NCBI GenBank assembly: GCA_028718245.1 | Contig: JAQUME010000002.1 | Location: forward strand, 1 to 52,228 | Source of the DNA: Candidatus Omnitrophota bacterium | Lineage (GTDB): Bacteria; Omnitrophota; Gorgyraeia; Gygaellales; Profunditerraquicolaceae | DNA: 52,228 nucleotides | Direction of reading: 5' to 3' | Part shown: positions 15,683 to 23,495 of the stretch, in pieces | Numbering within the stretch: position 1 is the first letter of the stretch | Layout: each line of letters starts with the position of its first letter | The notes under the pieces: generated by a model | What the model saw: the letters and a program-made list of their open reading frames with translations, nothing else | Told to the model about the DNA's origin: nothing | Database searches by the model: none | Translations under genes and position numbers: made by a program

Positions 15683-18600
15683 CTAGGTAAACAATTCGTT
15701 TTGCTTTGTTGACAAGTGGATACGGACTCTTTTATTCGTCTCATATTCTTCTATCATTCCGAGACGCTTCATGTCTGTAAGTACACGCATAACCCTTTTA
15801 CGTAGTTTTTCACGATTACGCCCTCGACAAGCATATCCAAGATCTCTCAACACTCTATCTGCAATCAAATCTTTTCCTTGACTGCCATCTTTTAATAATG
15901 TTCGAACTGCATCAAAAATCTCTTTACGTTTTCCCCCATAAATTAACCCTTCCCTCTCTTCAGCATATGATAGAGCTGCCGATAATCTATCTTCTTCATT
16001 TATTTTTATCGCTTCCTCTTCCTGTAATGGCTCAACTGACTCAGAGATCAGGTGAGCTTGACCATCTTCAATAGTCTTTGGGTCTTCTACTACAACGGAT
16101 TCTGGCTCAAGCTTTCGATCAGAAGGAAATATTCCCATCTCATCCAAAACTTGCCATAATGGTTCAAGCGCCTGCTCGGGTTCTCTATAAAAAGCACTCC
16201 CCCTAATTCTCCAAAACCGCCACCCCGATCTTTCAAGTATTCGCTGTCGCCATTGATCGTGCTCATATTGTTCAGGACCATGCCATTCGTCTCCATCGCA
16301 TTCTATTGCGAGTCGTTTCGTTGTTCCTTCGACTACAAGATCTATTCGATGCTCAGCAACTTTAAACTGTGGAATGATTCGGTATTTATGATTGATAAGC
16401 TGTAGAAAAACGTCAACTTCAAACCAACTTTCAAATGGGTCAGGAACGTTACTTCTACTCTTATGGCTATAACCTGAGGCTTTGCGTAATTCTTCAAGGT
16501 CAAAATCGCCCAAGGCTATTGGAGCAGCCAAAGGATTTAAGCAATATGACAACAAAATATGTCGGTAATCACTTGGACTTAAATCATTAAGCGTTGCGGA
16601 GTAAAAGAGCCAAATCTGATCTCGTGCACGGCTAAATGCTACATTAAATCTTCTTTTGTCTGTTTCTCTGGCTAAGGCACCAATTCTATCGTTTGGAGCG
16701 GCAACAAGGCTTAAAAATATAACATCCCTCTCATCTCCTTGAAATGCATAAGGATCACCACAAATAAGGTTTCTACGTTCTATTTCCTCGGTACCGATTT
16801 TATCAATTAACATGCTCTTTATTAACTGATCTTGTGCATGTCCTTGTAAAACAATAACACCCATGCTTTTACCTTTATATAACTTATCGTTACAGCACTT
16901 AACGATCTGATCAACTACCCTGACAGCTTCAACCTTATTAATAACTAACTGCCCATAACCTTCCTTATAGCCATCCTTAACGTATACTGCTTTTATAGGC
17001 TCTAATCTTTGCGGTGGAGCAGAACGAAGAGGAATAAGGCTAGCACCTAATGGCACATAACATAAATTATTAGAAAATTGAATTATCTCAGGCACGCATC
17101 TAAAATGCTCTTTTAAGAATATCTGCGCTTTATAGCGAATTTTGGCATGTGTAAAAAGACTACTCTGAAGACCATAGGTTTGCCTTAAGGGAATATCTTG
17201 AAGGAATCTTTCAATCAATAAATCAACTTCCTTCGGATCTAAACCAACATCTTCTGGGCTAATCTGTTGATCGTCTCCTACTATTATACATTTCTTAGCT
17301 ATATAAAATAAGGCGATGGCTTCTGGACCAGATTGGCTAGCTTCATCGACAATTACAACATCAAAAATTTCTTTATCAGGCTTTATTGACTCAACAACCC
17401 TATAAAGAGGCATTATCCATGCAGGTATCGCACCTCTACACTCTTCCATATATCCCGCTGCTTCTCTTCGATACTTTTCAGCATGCTTACCCGTTCCTTT
17501 ACCTATTTTACGAATTGCATGACTCCAAGCCACAAGATTTTGCCGTTGAGTCTCGGTCAAGCTAGATAAACAATTATTCCAAGCTTTTTCAGAAGCTAAT
17601 TCTGCCATTGTCTTTCTTAGTTTTTTATCAATGTCTTGGTAATCGTGCTGTAATTGATACTCATCGTGGGATTCTTCAAATTCCCTAATCCAAGCGTCAG
17701 CCCTAAGCCAATCCCATGCTTTTTCAAATTCAGTAGCATATTTATCAAACTTATTATCGAAAGGATTATCGTGAATCGAATCAGCTAATATAGGCGCTTT
17801 TTCCTTTAAGCGTTTAATTAAATCAACACAAGTGCCCAACTGTAAATGATCACTTTCTAAATGGTTAAGAATCTCATATGTTTTACTCCAGCGATTCCAA
17901 TCTCGAGCTTCAATTGCTTCCAATAAATCATTATTTAAAGGATGGGAATCAGAATTGGGGATTAAAGCTTTAAGAGAAACCTTAATCTTCTCCATTCCCT
18001 GCTCAATCACTATTAACTTATCTACAATAAATGTTCCTTCTAGCGCTTTAATTAAATTTATAACTTGAGTTTCATCATGCCACGATGGCTCATGTATCAC
18101 GCAAATCTCAGAAACAATTTGTTTTGTTTTACGAAGCGGCTCTTCAAGTGATAAAACTACATCCAAAGCTTCAATCTGTTCAAGGTACATAGCAACGCGG
18201 GCAACGGCTGAACCTTGCATAATCTCAATCTTTTCTTTCCAAATATCATTCAATTTCCTTAAATTTGTTTCCACGTCAATGTAATTAATAAGTTTTCCAA
18301 GACAATCCGTATTATCACAATACCTACCATTAACTAAAATAGAGGTTAATAAATATTTTATTTTAGAATAGATTTTCGGTCTAACTATCCACCACCCTAA
18401 TCCTTTACCACCATCTAAATGTTTTTTGAGATCTTCTGCATCAGCTTTAATTTTTTGTAGATCCAAATCTTTTGGTATAGAAAAATTATTTTTATCGGCT
18501 AATTCTGCTGTATTCTTCAATTCACTTAAATAAGATTTTGTAGCAGAAGCTAATAACTTAAGCGGCTCATCCTGATCACCTAAAATTGCACAAACACTAT

Positions 18601-20587
18601 CTTTTAGCCATTTAAGAGGACGCCGACACGCGTCCGCCTTTGCCCTATCTAATTGCCTTAATACGTTCAAAAGCTCCTGCCGCTTACTTTGTTCGCAGTT
18701 TTTTAATTTTTCGTATATGGCTCGTATATGGATGTCGTTTTCTAATAGTTTTGCATCTTGCTTAAAATCTTCCTCTTTTTCAACAATCTCTATAAATTCT
18801 TCTGGTGTAAAAATGGCAGAAATCGGAATTCTTTTTAATTGTAGCTCTTGCCTTCTTTCATTATGAAATTTTCTGTAAAGCTCAAGCAAGAGCATAAAAT
18901 CACGATTACTTAATGGACATATGTCTTCTGAATTAATTGTATCAGTGATCCATCCATATTGTTCATCTTCTTGACTCAAAATTGTGCCTATTTCTTGCGC
19001 TGTCCCATTAAACTTACCATCAATAATAGAATGTTTAAAAGTTTCTTTTTCTCTTAATTCTGTTAAAGAAACTTTGATTCCCTGTAATTCTTGCTTACAC
19101 TGATCCAACTTCTTCTCTAATCTAGATATTGTTTCCTTGCTTTCTTTATAATCCCAAGTATTATTCTTACTAGTAATTTCATGAACTGAACCAATTAAAC
19201 TATCCAAGTCCTTCTGACTTCTACCTAAAACACTTACACACAATGATTGAACTTGAGCCGGGATTTTGTCTTTTAATACTTTCAGTGCTCTGGGAGTTTG
19301 ACTAGTTACTAATACTCTCTTCCCCGAGGCCAATAAATGGCAAATTAAGTTAGCTATAGTATGACTTTTTCCTGTACCCGGTGGCCCCTGGACCACAACT
19401 CCATTACGCCTCTCTATATCCTCAGCAATCCTAAGTTGTTCTTCATTGTAGAATAAAGGGAAATAAACTTGACTTGGTAACTTAAAGGACGGCTCTTCGC
19501 CACTTACCTCTAATGTTTGGCCGCTTTGTAAATTTCTTTTTTCTTCTGTAGTTAATAAAGAATGGACTGGCGGAGGCAAAGTTTCATCTCCAGAATCATG
19601 AAGTTGTTCTATGATGCTACCAATAAATTTAAGAATGCCAACTTGAGTACGTTCCCGCAAAATAAGAGCTGGCGTAAAGAAAACTTCTGGCCTTTCTCTT
19701 GAATTTGCTCCTTCTGCAGCCTCAAACGATTCATTGTATTGAGCGTTAGGATTAAATGAATTAGTCCAGCTCTTAATTAAGGAATGTATTTTCGTCTTAT
19801 CCCAAATATCATTCCCAATATTTTTTGCTTCTATTTCCAAATTTCTAATTATTTCAACTTGGGGCTGATCGTCAAAATCAAGCATTTCAGTCTCAAGCTG
19901 TAAGTTGGCCCCTTCGGAATTTGCTTTAATAACCAAAGTTCCCCTATTTGGCTCAAACACTAACTCAATCTGAGCTGATAAAATATGCCTGTTTATAACT
20001 AGCCCTTTTTTTGTTTGAAAATTTAATAACCCAAGAGCTATAACTACTTCATATGATTCTCCGAGAGCTTTTTGCTGCTGATAAATGGAGAACAATCGTG
20101 TATAAATATTATGTACTTTCTTCAATTCCAGACATTCCTCTGCCCATGGCTTCCATTTTGTCTCGAGATACTCCTTCCAAATCTTAACGATCTCTGGACA
20201 ATTAACCAATTCAATATAAGAAAGTTCACCGTTAAGAGGAAGCTTCTCTGCCTGCTTAACTATCTTTTCCTTTAGAATTGGTTCTTCCTCGTAGTTACTT
20301 AAAGTATTCAAATCTACCCATTCATAGCACTCTTTTGACACAAGAGGGACCTTAGGAAATACTGGCCGCCTTATTTCGATCCAAATATCGGTCTCTTCCT
20401 TTTCTAAATCCCAAACAGAACAGTTAGTTAAGCGATGGCGCGGTATCTCATAAAGCCATATTTTATCTTTATAAGACTTTAAATCAGTAACAATACTTGT
20501 ACGAAGCCGTACTAAATTTTGTAAATATTGATATAAGGATATCGCTTTCTTATTCAATTCTTTGTTTGCGCTAGTGTTCTGTGTCAC
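15683..20587 (-). CDS. Giant SF1 (Upf1/DNA2-like) helicase fused to a Vsr/DUF559-type endonuclease domain (Hhe/Mokosh-II/Nhi-like architecture)
   Basis: 1634 aa. Motifs: I GPPGTGKSH, II VIVDEASQ, III IVGDDQQISP, V FQGDERDVIFLSLV, VI FNVAFSRARDQIWLF. Downstream nuclease core HRIDLVVEG..KRLAIECDGDEWHG. Long N-terminal region and a roughly 150-aa C-terminal tail. Confidence 0.8.
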   Translation of the reverse strand: MTQNTSANKELNKKAISLYQYLQNLVRLRTSIVTDLKSYKDKIWLYEIPRHRLTNCSVWDLEKEETDIWIEIRRPVFPKVPLVSKECYEWVDLNTLSNYEEEPILKEKIVKQAEKLPLNGELSYIELVNCPEIVKIWKEYLETKWKPWAEECLELKKVHNIYTRLFSIYQQQKALGESYEVVIALGLLNFQTKKGLVINRHILSAQIELVFEPNRGTLVIKANSEGANLQLETEMLDFDDQPQVEIIRNLEIEAKNIGNDIWDKTKIHSLIKSWTNSFNPNAQYNESFEAAEGANSRERPEVFFTPALILRERTQVGILKFIGSIIEQLHDSGDETLPPPVHSLLTTEEKRNLQSGQTLEVSGEEPSFKLPSQVYFPLFYNEEQLRIAEDIERRNGVVVQGPPGTGKSHTIANLICHLLASGKRVLVTSQTPRALKVLKDKIPAQVQSLCVSVLGRSQKDLDSLIGSVHEITSKNNTWDYKESKETISRLEKKLDQCKQELQGIKVSLTELREKETFKHSIIDGKFNGTAQEIGTILSQEDEQYGWITDTINSEDICPLSNRDFMLLLELYRKFHNERRQELQLKRIPISAIFTPEEFIEIVEKEEDFKQDAKLLENDIHIRAIYEKLKNCEQSKRQELLNVLRQLDRAKADACRRPLKWLKDSVCAILGDQDEPLKLLASATKSYLSELKNTAELADKNNFSIPKDLDLQKIKADAEDLKKHLDGGKGLGWWIVRPKIYSKIKYLLTSILVNGRYCDNTDCLGKLINYIDVETNLRKLNDIWKEKIEIMQGSAVARVAMYLEQIEALDVVLSLEEPLRKTKQIVSEICVIHEPSWHDETQVINLIKALEGTFIVDKLIVIEQGMEKIKVSLKALIPNSDSHPLNNDLLEAIEARDWNRWSKTYEILNHLESDHLQLGTCVDLIKRLKEKAPILADSIHDNPFDNKFDKYATEFEKAWDWLRADAWIREFEESHDEYQLQHDYQDIDKKLRKTMAELASEKAWNNCLSSLTETQRQNLVAWSHAIRKIGKGTGKHAEKYRREAAGYMEECRGAIPAWIMPLYRVVESIKPDKEIFDVVIVDEASQSGPEAIALFYIAKKCIIVGDDQQISPEDVGLDPKEVDLLIERFLQDIPLRQTYGLQSSLFTHAKIRYKAQIFLKEHFRCVPEIIQFSNNLCYVPLGASLIPLRSAPPQRLEPIKAVYVKDGYKEGYGQLVINKVEAVRVVDQIVKCCNDKLYKGKSMGVIVLQGHAQDQLIKSMLIDKIGTEEIERRNLICGDPYAFQGDERDVIFLSLVAAPNDRIGALARETDKRRFNVAFSRARDQIWLFYSATLNDLSPSDYRHILLSYCLNPLAAPIALGDFDLEELRKASGYSHKSRSNVPDPFESWFEVDVFLQLINHKYRIIPQFKVAEHRIDLVVEGTTKRLAIECDGDEWHGPEQYEHDQWRQRILERSGWRFWRIRGSAFYREPEQALEPLWQVLDEMGIFPSDRKLEPESVVVEDPKTIEDGQAHLISESVEPLQEEEAIKINEEDRLSAALSYAEEREGLIYGGKRKEIFDAVRTLLKDGSQGKDLIADRVLRDLGYACRGRNREKLRKRVMRVLTDMKRLGMIEEYETNKRVRIHLSTKQNELFT

Positions 20588-20620
20588 CGTATACCTCTTT
20601 TAATTAATACGTTGTACATG

Positions 20621-20824
20621 TTAATCTTCTAAAAAGAATCCCGGGGTTTTCTTAAGTACTTTAGCTATCTTTACCAATGTTTCAATTGAAGGCATTGAAA
20701 TGCCATTCTCGTAGCGGGAGATACTCTTCTGTTTCGCCCCTATCTTCTTGGCCAGCTCGCTTTGATTTAAATCAAACACAACCCTAGCAACTTTGATCCT
20801 CTTACCTAGCTTTTTAGCATCCAT
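20621..20824 (-). CDS. XRE-family HTH regulator heading the helicase operon
   Basis: HTH LNQSELAKKIGAKQKSISRYENG. The ATG at 20824 is preceded by AGGAGG with a 4-nt spacer. The track ORF start at 20851 would overlap the divergent -35 box. Confidence 0.8.
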   Translation of the reverse strand: MDAKKLGKRIKVARVVFDLNQSELAKKIGAKQKSISRYENGISMPSIETLVKIAKVLKKTPGFFLED

Positions 20825-20844
20825 TTTACCTCCTAAAATAATAC

Positions 20845-20872
20845 TTGACAAATATACCTTTTAGGGTATAAT
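20845..20872 (+). promoter_or_regulatory. Near-consensus sigma-70 promoter driving the recombinase operon
   Basis: TTGACA (20845..20850), 16-nt spacer, TATAAT (20867..20872). Confidence 0.6.
20853..20870. promoter_or_regulatory. Operator-like palindrome TATACC-N6-GGTATA inside the promoter spacer
   Basis: 6-bp perfect inverted arms between the -35 and -10 boxes. An extra TATACC half-site lies at 20920..20925. The site is in the divergent region next to the XRE gene. Confidence 0.45.
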
Positions 20873-20928
20873 TTAGTCACTACAGGAATATTGAGATTTT
20901 ATACTACTAAAGGCTAATATATACCTAT

Positions 20929-21138
20929 TTGGCAATAAAATCAAGCCCTATGGCTAACTTAAGCGTAACTGAAATTAAGCATAGTATCAACAAAGAAGAA
21001 CGCTTTTATCTCTGCTGGAAAGATTCTCTTCCGATTCAGCACTTACTAGATGCAATCTCTTCTATTTTAGCCAAAGAGTACATCGAGGTAGCCAAACAGA
21101 ACCCTGATGTGTTTCTTAAGCAAGGAGCCACAAAATGA
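20929..21138 (+). CDS. Small hypothetical ORF overlapping the recombinase start (possible accessory or directionality factor)
   Basis: 69 aa from TTG 20929 (ATG at 20950). Its stop overlaps the recombinase ATG (ATGA). No recognisable motif. Confidence 0.35.
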   Translation: MAIKSSPMANLSVTEIKHSINKEERFYLCWKDSLPIQHLLDAISSILAKEYIEVAKQNPDVFLKQGATK

Positions 21139-22859
21139 AAGCGGCTATATACGCACGATATTCTTCTGAAAATCAAAGCGAAAAAAGCATCGATGATCAA
21201 ATTAGGGTATGCAAAAACTACTGCAAAGACCACGACATCACTATCTGCGATGAGCATACCTATATTGATGAAGCCCTATCCGGTTCCCTGCTTAACCGTC
21301 CTGGGCTTCAAGCCTTAGATAAAGCTGCTGAAAATAAGGAATTTGAAGCTGTGGTCGTTGATGACCTCTCTCGTCTCTCAAGAAGTAACCACCAGATGCT
21401 TACATTAGTGCTTAAATTCAATTATTACCAGGTCAAATTGATTTCAGTATCTGATGGCATAGTTACTGATGATGAAAACTCTAAATTAGGCATCCAAATG
21501 CGTGGGTTAATAAATGAGCTATATCTGGATGATCTAGGAAAGAAAACTATGCGCGGTTTAGAAGGTCAAAAACTGCGTGGCTTTAGTGCTGGAGAGAATG
21601 TATATGGTTATTGTAGTAAGCCGGTTGGTGAATTACGGCTAGATAAAAGAGGTAAAGCCAAATACGAAGGCAAAGTTCATAAGATAAATCCCGAAGAAGC
21701 TGAAGTTATCCGAAGAATATTCAATGAATTCACTAATGGAAATAGTATCCATAAAATAGCTACAAAGCTAAATGAAGAGAAAATTCCGACAAAAAAGCTT
21801 ATGCATGGTGGTTGGAACATATCAACCGTCTCTAGAATACTAAAAAATGAAAAGTATATAGGCAAATGGGATTGGAGAAAATACAAAAACGTTCGTGATC
21901 CTATGACCGGCAAGAAAAAAGTTATCCCCCGTCCAACCAAAGACCTAATTCCTATATATCGGGAAGACTTAGTGATAATCAATAAAGAAACCTGGGAAAA
22001 AGCACAAAAACGATGGCAAGAACTTAAGGGAACGTGGCCTGTTAGCAAAAAGAAAAAGACCTTTTATCAACAAAAAAGCTACGTTCATACTAGCCCTAAT
22101 CACTTGTTTTCCGGACTGATGAAATGCAAAACCTGCGGCGGAGCTATTGTTCTTATAAGCGGTAAAGGTACTGGTTATTACGGTTGCTACAACGCTAGGC
22201 GTAAGACCTGTACAAATACACTCGCTATACCACGTAAAAGAATTGAAGAAATCATTATTAATGAACTTAAAGATAAGATATTAACTGCTGATAATTTGGA
22301 ATATGTATATAAGAACGTTGAAAAACTATCTGCGGAAGGATTTAATGAAGTTCCGGAGCTGGTTAAGAAGAAAAGGGCTCAATACGATAAAATACAGCAG
22401 GAAATACAGAATTACCTCAATTTTATTAAGGTTGGCAATCTTTCAAAGGCAGTATCTGAAGCCTTAACTGAAGCGGAAAAAAGAAATGAGGAATTAACAG
22501 CAGAAATAGGATCCTTAGAGTTCCAAAAAGATAATAGCTTTAAGGCACCGCCTAAAGAATGGATAAACCACAGACTGGAAAACCTACGCGAGACTTTAAA
22601 CAAAAATACCGTCTCCTCTTCTTTGGCGCTTAAAGAACTGCTTGCGCCTATAAGCTTGGAGCCGGTATTAACTAGAGAATCTGATTTTTATCAGCTTTTT
22701 GGGGGGAATGAGAAGGAATTTAAGCCTTATTACGTCGCCCATACCAAAATTCGAACCTTAGCGCTCCTAGATGAGGAGCAAAAAGGTTCGAATTGGTATC
22801 AATGGCGGAGAGGCTGGGATTCGAACCCAGGGACCCAGTTGCCCAGGTCAACTCATTAG
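21135..22859 (+). CDS. Large serine recombinase (integrase)
   Basis: N-terminal resolvase domain AAIYARYSSENQ (catalytic Ser context), a recombinase domain, the zinc ribbon CKTCGGAIVLISGKGTGYYGCYNARRKTC and a coiled-coil segment. The ORF has no stop inside the island and ends 57 nt inside tRNA-Ser(GCT). Confidence 0.9.
   Translation: MKAAIYARYSSENQSEKSIDDQIRVCKNYCKDHDITICDEHTYIDEALSGSLLNRPGLQALDKAAENKEFEAVVVDDLSRLSRSNHQMLTLVLKFNYYQVKLISVSDGIVTDDENSKLGIQMRGLINELYLDDLGKKTMRGLEGQKLRGFSAGENVYGYCSKPVGELRLDKRGKAKYEGKVHKINPEEAEVIRRIFNEFTNGNSIHKIATKLNEEKIPTKKLMHGGWNISTVSRILKNEKYIGKWDWRKYKNVRDPMTGKKKVIPRPTKDLIPIYREDLVIINKETWEKAQKRWQELKGTWPVSKKKKTFYQQKSYVHTSPNHLFSGLMKCKTCGGAIVLISGKGTGYYGCYNARRKTCTNTLAIPRKRIEEIIINELKDKILTADNLEYVYKNVEKLSAEGFNEVPELVKKKRAQYDKIQQEIQNYLNFIKVGNLSKAVSEALTEAEKRNEELTAEIGSLEFQKDNSFKAPPKEWINHRLENLRETLNKNTVSSSLALKELLAPISLEPVLTRESDFYQLFGGNEKEFKPYYVAHTKIRTLALLDEEQKGSNWYQWRRGWDSNPGTQLPRSTH
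22741..22799. repeat. Imperfect 59-bp palindrome / compound stem-loop just downstream of tRNA-Ser(GCT)
   Basis: ATACCAAAATTCGAACC ... GGTTCGAATTGGTAT, with a 2-nt bulge in the left arm. There is a nested inner hairpin GCTCCT-agatg-AGGAGC. The right arm ends 3 nt from the tRNA 3' CCA. Confidence 0.7.
22748..22757. repeat. Right copy of 10-bp direct repeat AATTCGAACC (proposed attR core)
   Basis: Identical to 4582..4591. It lies inside the recombinase ORF (codons K-I-R-T) and forms part of the left arm of the palindrome at 22741..22799. Confidence 0.6.
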
Positions 22860-22894
22860 CAGTGAGTTGCTTTCGACCACTCAGCCACCTCTCC
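22803..22894 (-). tRNA. tRNA-Ser (anticodon GCT), CCA encoded
   Basis: Reverse complement: GGAGAGG acceptor, anticodon arm ACTCA-CTGCTAA-TGAGT, long variable arm, T-arm CTGGGTTCGAATCCCAG, CCTCTCC-G-CCA. Confidence 0.9.
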
Positions 22895-22900
22895 AGTATT

Positions 22901-23356
22901 TTACTTTCTCTTTTTCCTGAAGAAATCCTTCAGCAGAGAACCGCACTGCTCTTTGAGAATCCCTCCGGATGCTTTTACGCAGTGGTTCAATTTACCGTGA
23001 TTGACTATATTGGTTACCGAGCCGCAGGCCCCGGTTTTAGGGTCGCGGGCGCCGAAATACAGGTGTTTGAGGCGCGCCAGTACCATTGCCCCGGCACACA
23101 TACTGCACGGTTCAATTGTAACATATAGGCAAGCCTCGTTCAACCACTTTGTCCCCAGAAAATTGGCAGCACTGGTAATGGCAATTATCTCGGCGTGGGC
23201 TGTGGGGTCTTTCAGGCGCTCAACCTGATTATGGCCGCGGGCAATGATCTTGTCCTTATGCACGATCACTGCGCCTACCGGCACTTCATCCTCACCGAAA
23301 GCAATTTCTGCCTCTTTCAAGGCCTGCTGCATATAATACTCTTGGGCTTTCAACAT
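22901..23356 (-). CDS. tadA: tRNA-specific adenosine deaminase TadA
   Basis: CDA zinc motifs TAHAEIIAI (HAE) and EPCSMCAGA (PCxxC). Start chosen at MLKAQEYYMQQALKEA. The longer track ORF (to 23416) would run into tRNA-Arg. Confidence 0.9.
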   Translation of the reverse strand: MLKAQEYYMQQALKEAEIAFGEDEVPVGAVIVHKDKIIARGHNQVERLKDPTAHAEIIAITSAANFLGTKWLNEACLYVTIEPCSMCAGAMVLARLKHLYFGARDPKTGACGSVTNIVNHGKLNHCVKASGGILKEQCGSLLKDFFRKKRK

Positions 23357-23370
23357 CTCGCTATAAATAA

Positions 23371-23444
23371 TGCGCCCAGCTGGGGTCGAACCAGCAACAA
23401 CTTGCTCCGTAGGCAAGTGCTCTATCCAATTGAGCTATGGGCGC
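23371..23444 (-). tRNA. tRNA-Arg (anticodon ACG)
   Basis: Reverse complement: GCGCCCA acceptor, anticodon arm CTTGC-CTACGGA-GCAAG, T-arm GCTGGTTCGACCCCAGC, TGGGCGC-A. No encoded CCA. Confidence 0.9.
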
Positions 23445-23495
23445 GATATTCAAATTATTTTACCACATTTAAATGATAAATCTATATGGAATTAT

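Larger units (their letters stand above)
4582..22757. mobile_element. Integrative genomic (defence) island of about 18.2 kb with a large serine recombinase, inserted downstream of tRNA-Ser(GCT)
   Basis: Clear drop in G+C relative to both flanks. It has a 10-bp direct repeat at both ends and a serine recombinase at the right end. There are no capsid, tail or terminase genes. Content is dominated by nucleases, NTPases, TIR, HEPN and HTH regulators. Confidence 0.7.

Noticed and set aside
16090-16296. A same-strand alternative-frame 68-aa ORF inside the helicase gene, and the 138-aa one inside glgP (24980..25396).
   Set aside because: They are embedded out of frame in well-supported long CDSs, with no SD and no recognisable motifs.
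4582-22757. The island as a prophage.
   Set aside because: No capsid, portal, tail, terminase, lysis or replication genes are recognisable. The content is regulators, nucleases and NTPases only.
22741-22799. The 59-bp palindrome as an intact, symmetric serine-recombinase att site (attP-like).
   Set aside because: The left arm carries a 2-nt bulge, while the copy at 4579..4591 pairs perfectly with the right arm. This fits a hybrid attR plus an ancestral host hairpin better. Not fully excluded.
23357-23416. N-terminal extension of tadA (MPTEQVVAGSTPAGRIIYSE).
   Set aside because: These codons are the reverse-strand reading of tRNA-Arg(ACG) and its trailer. The conserved TadA N-terminus begins at the internal Met.
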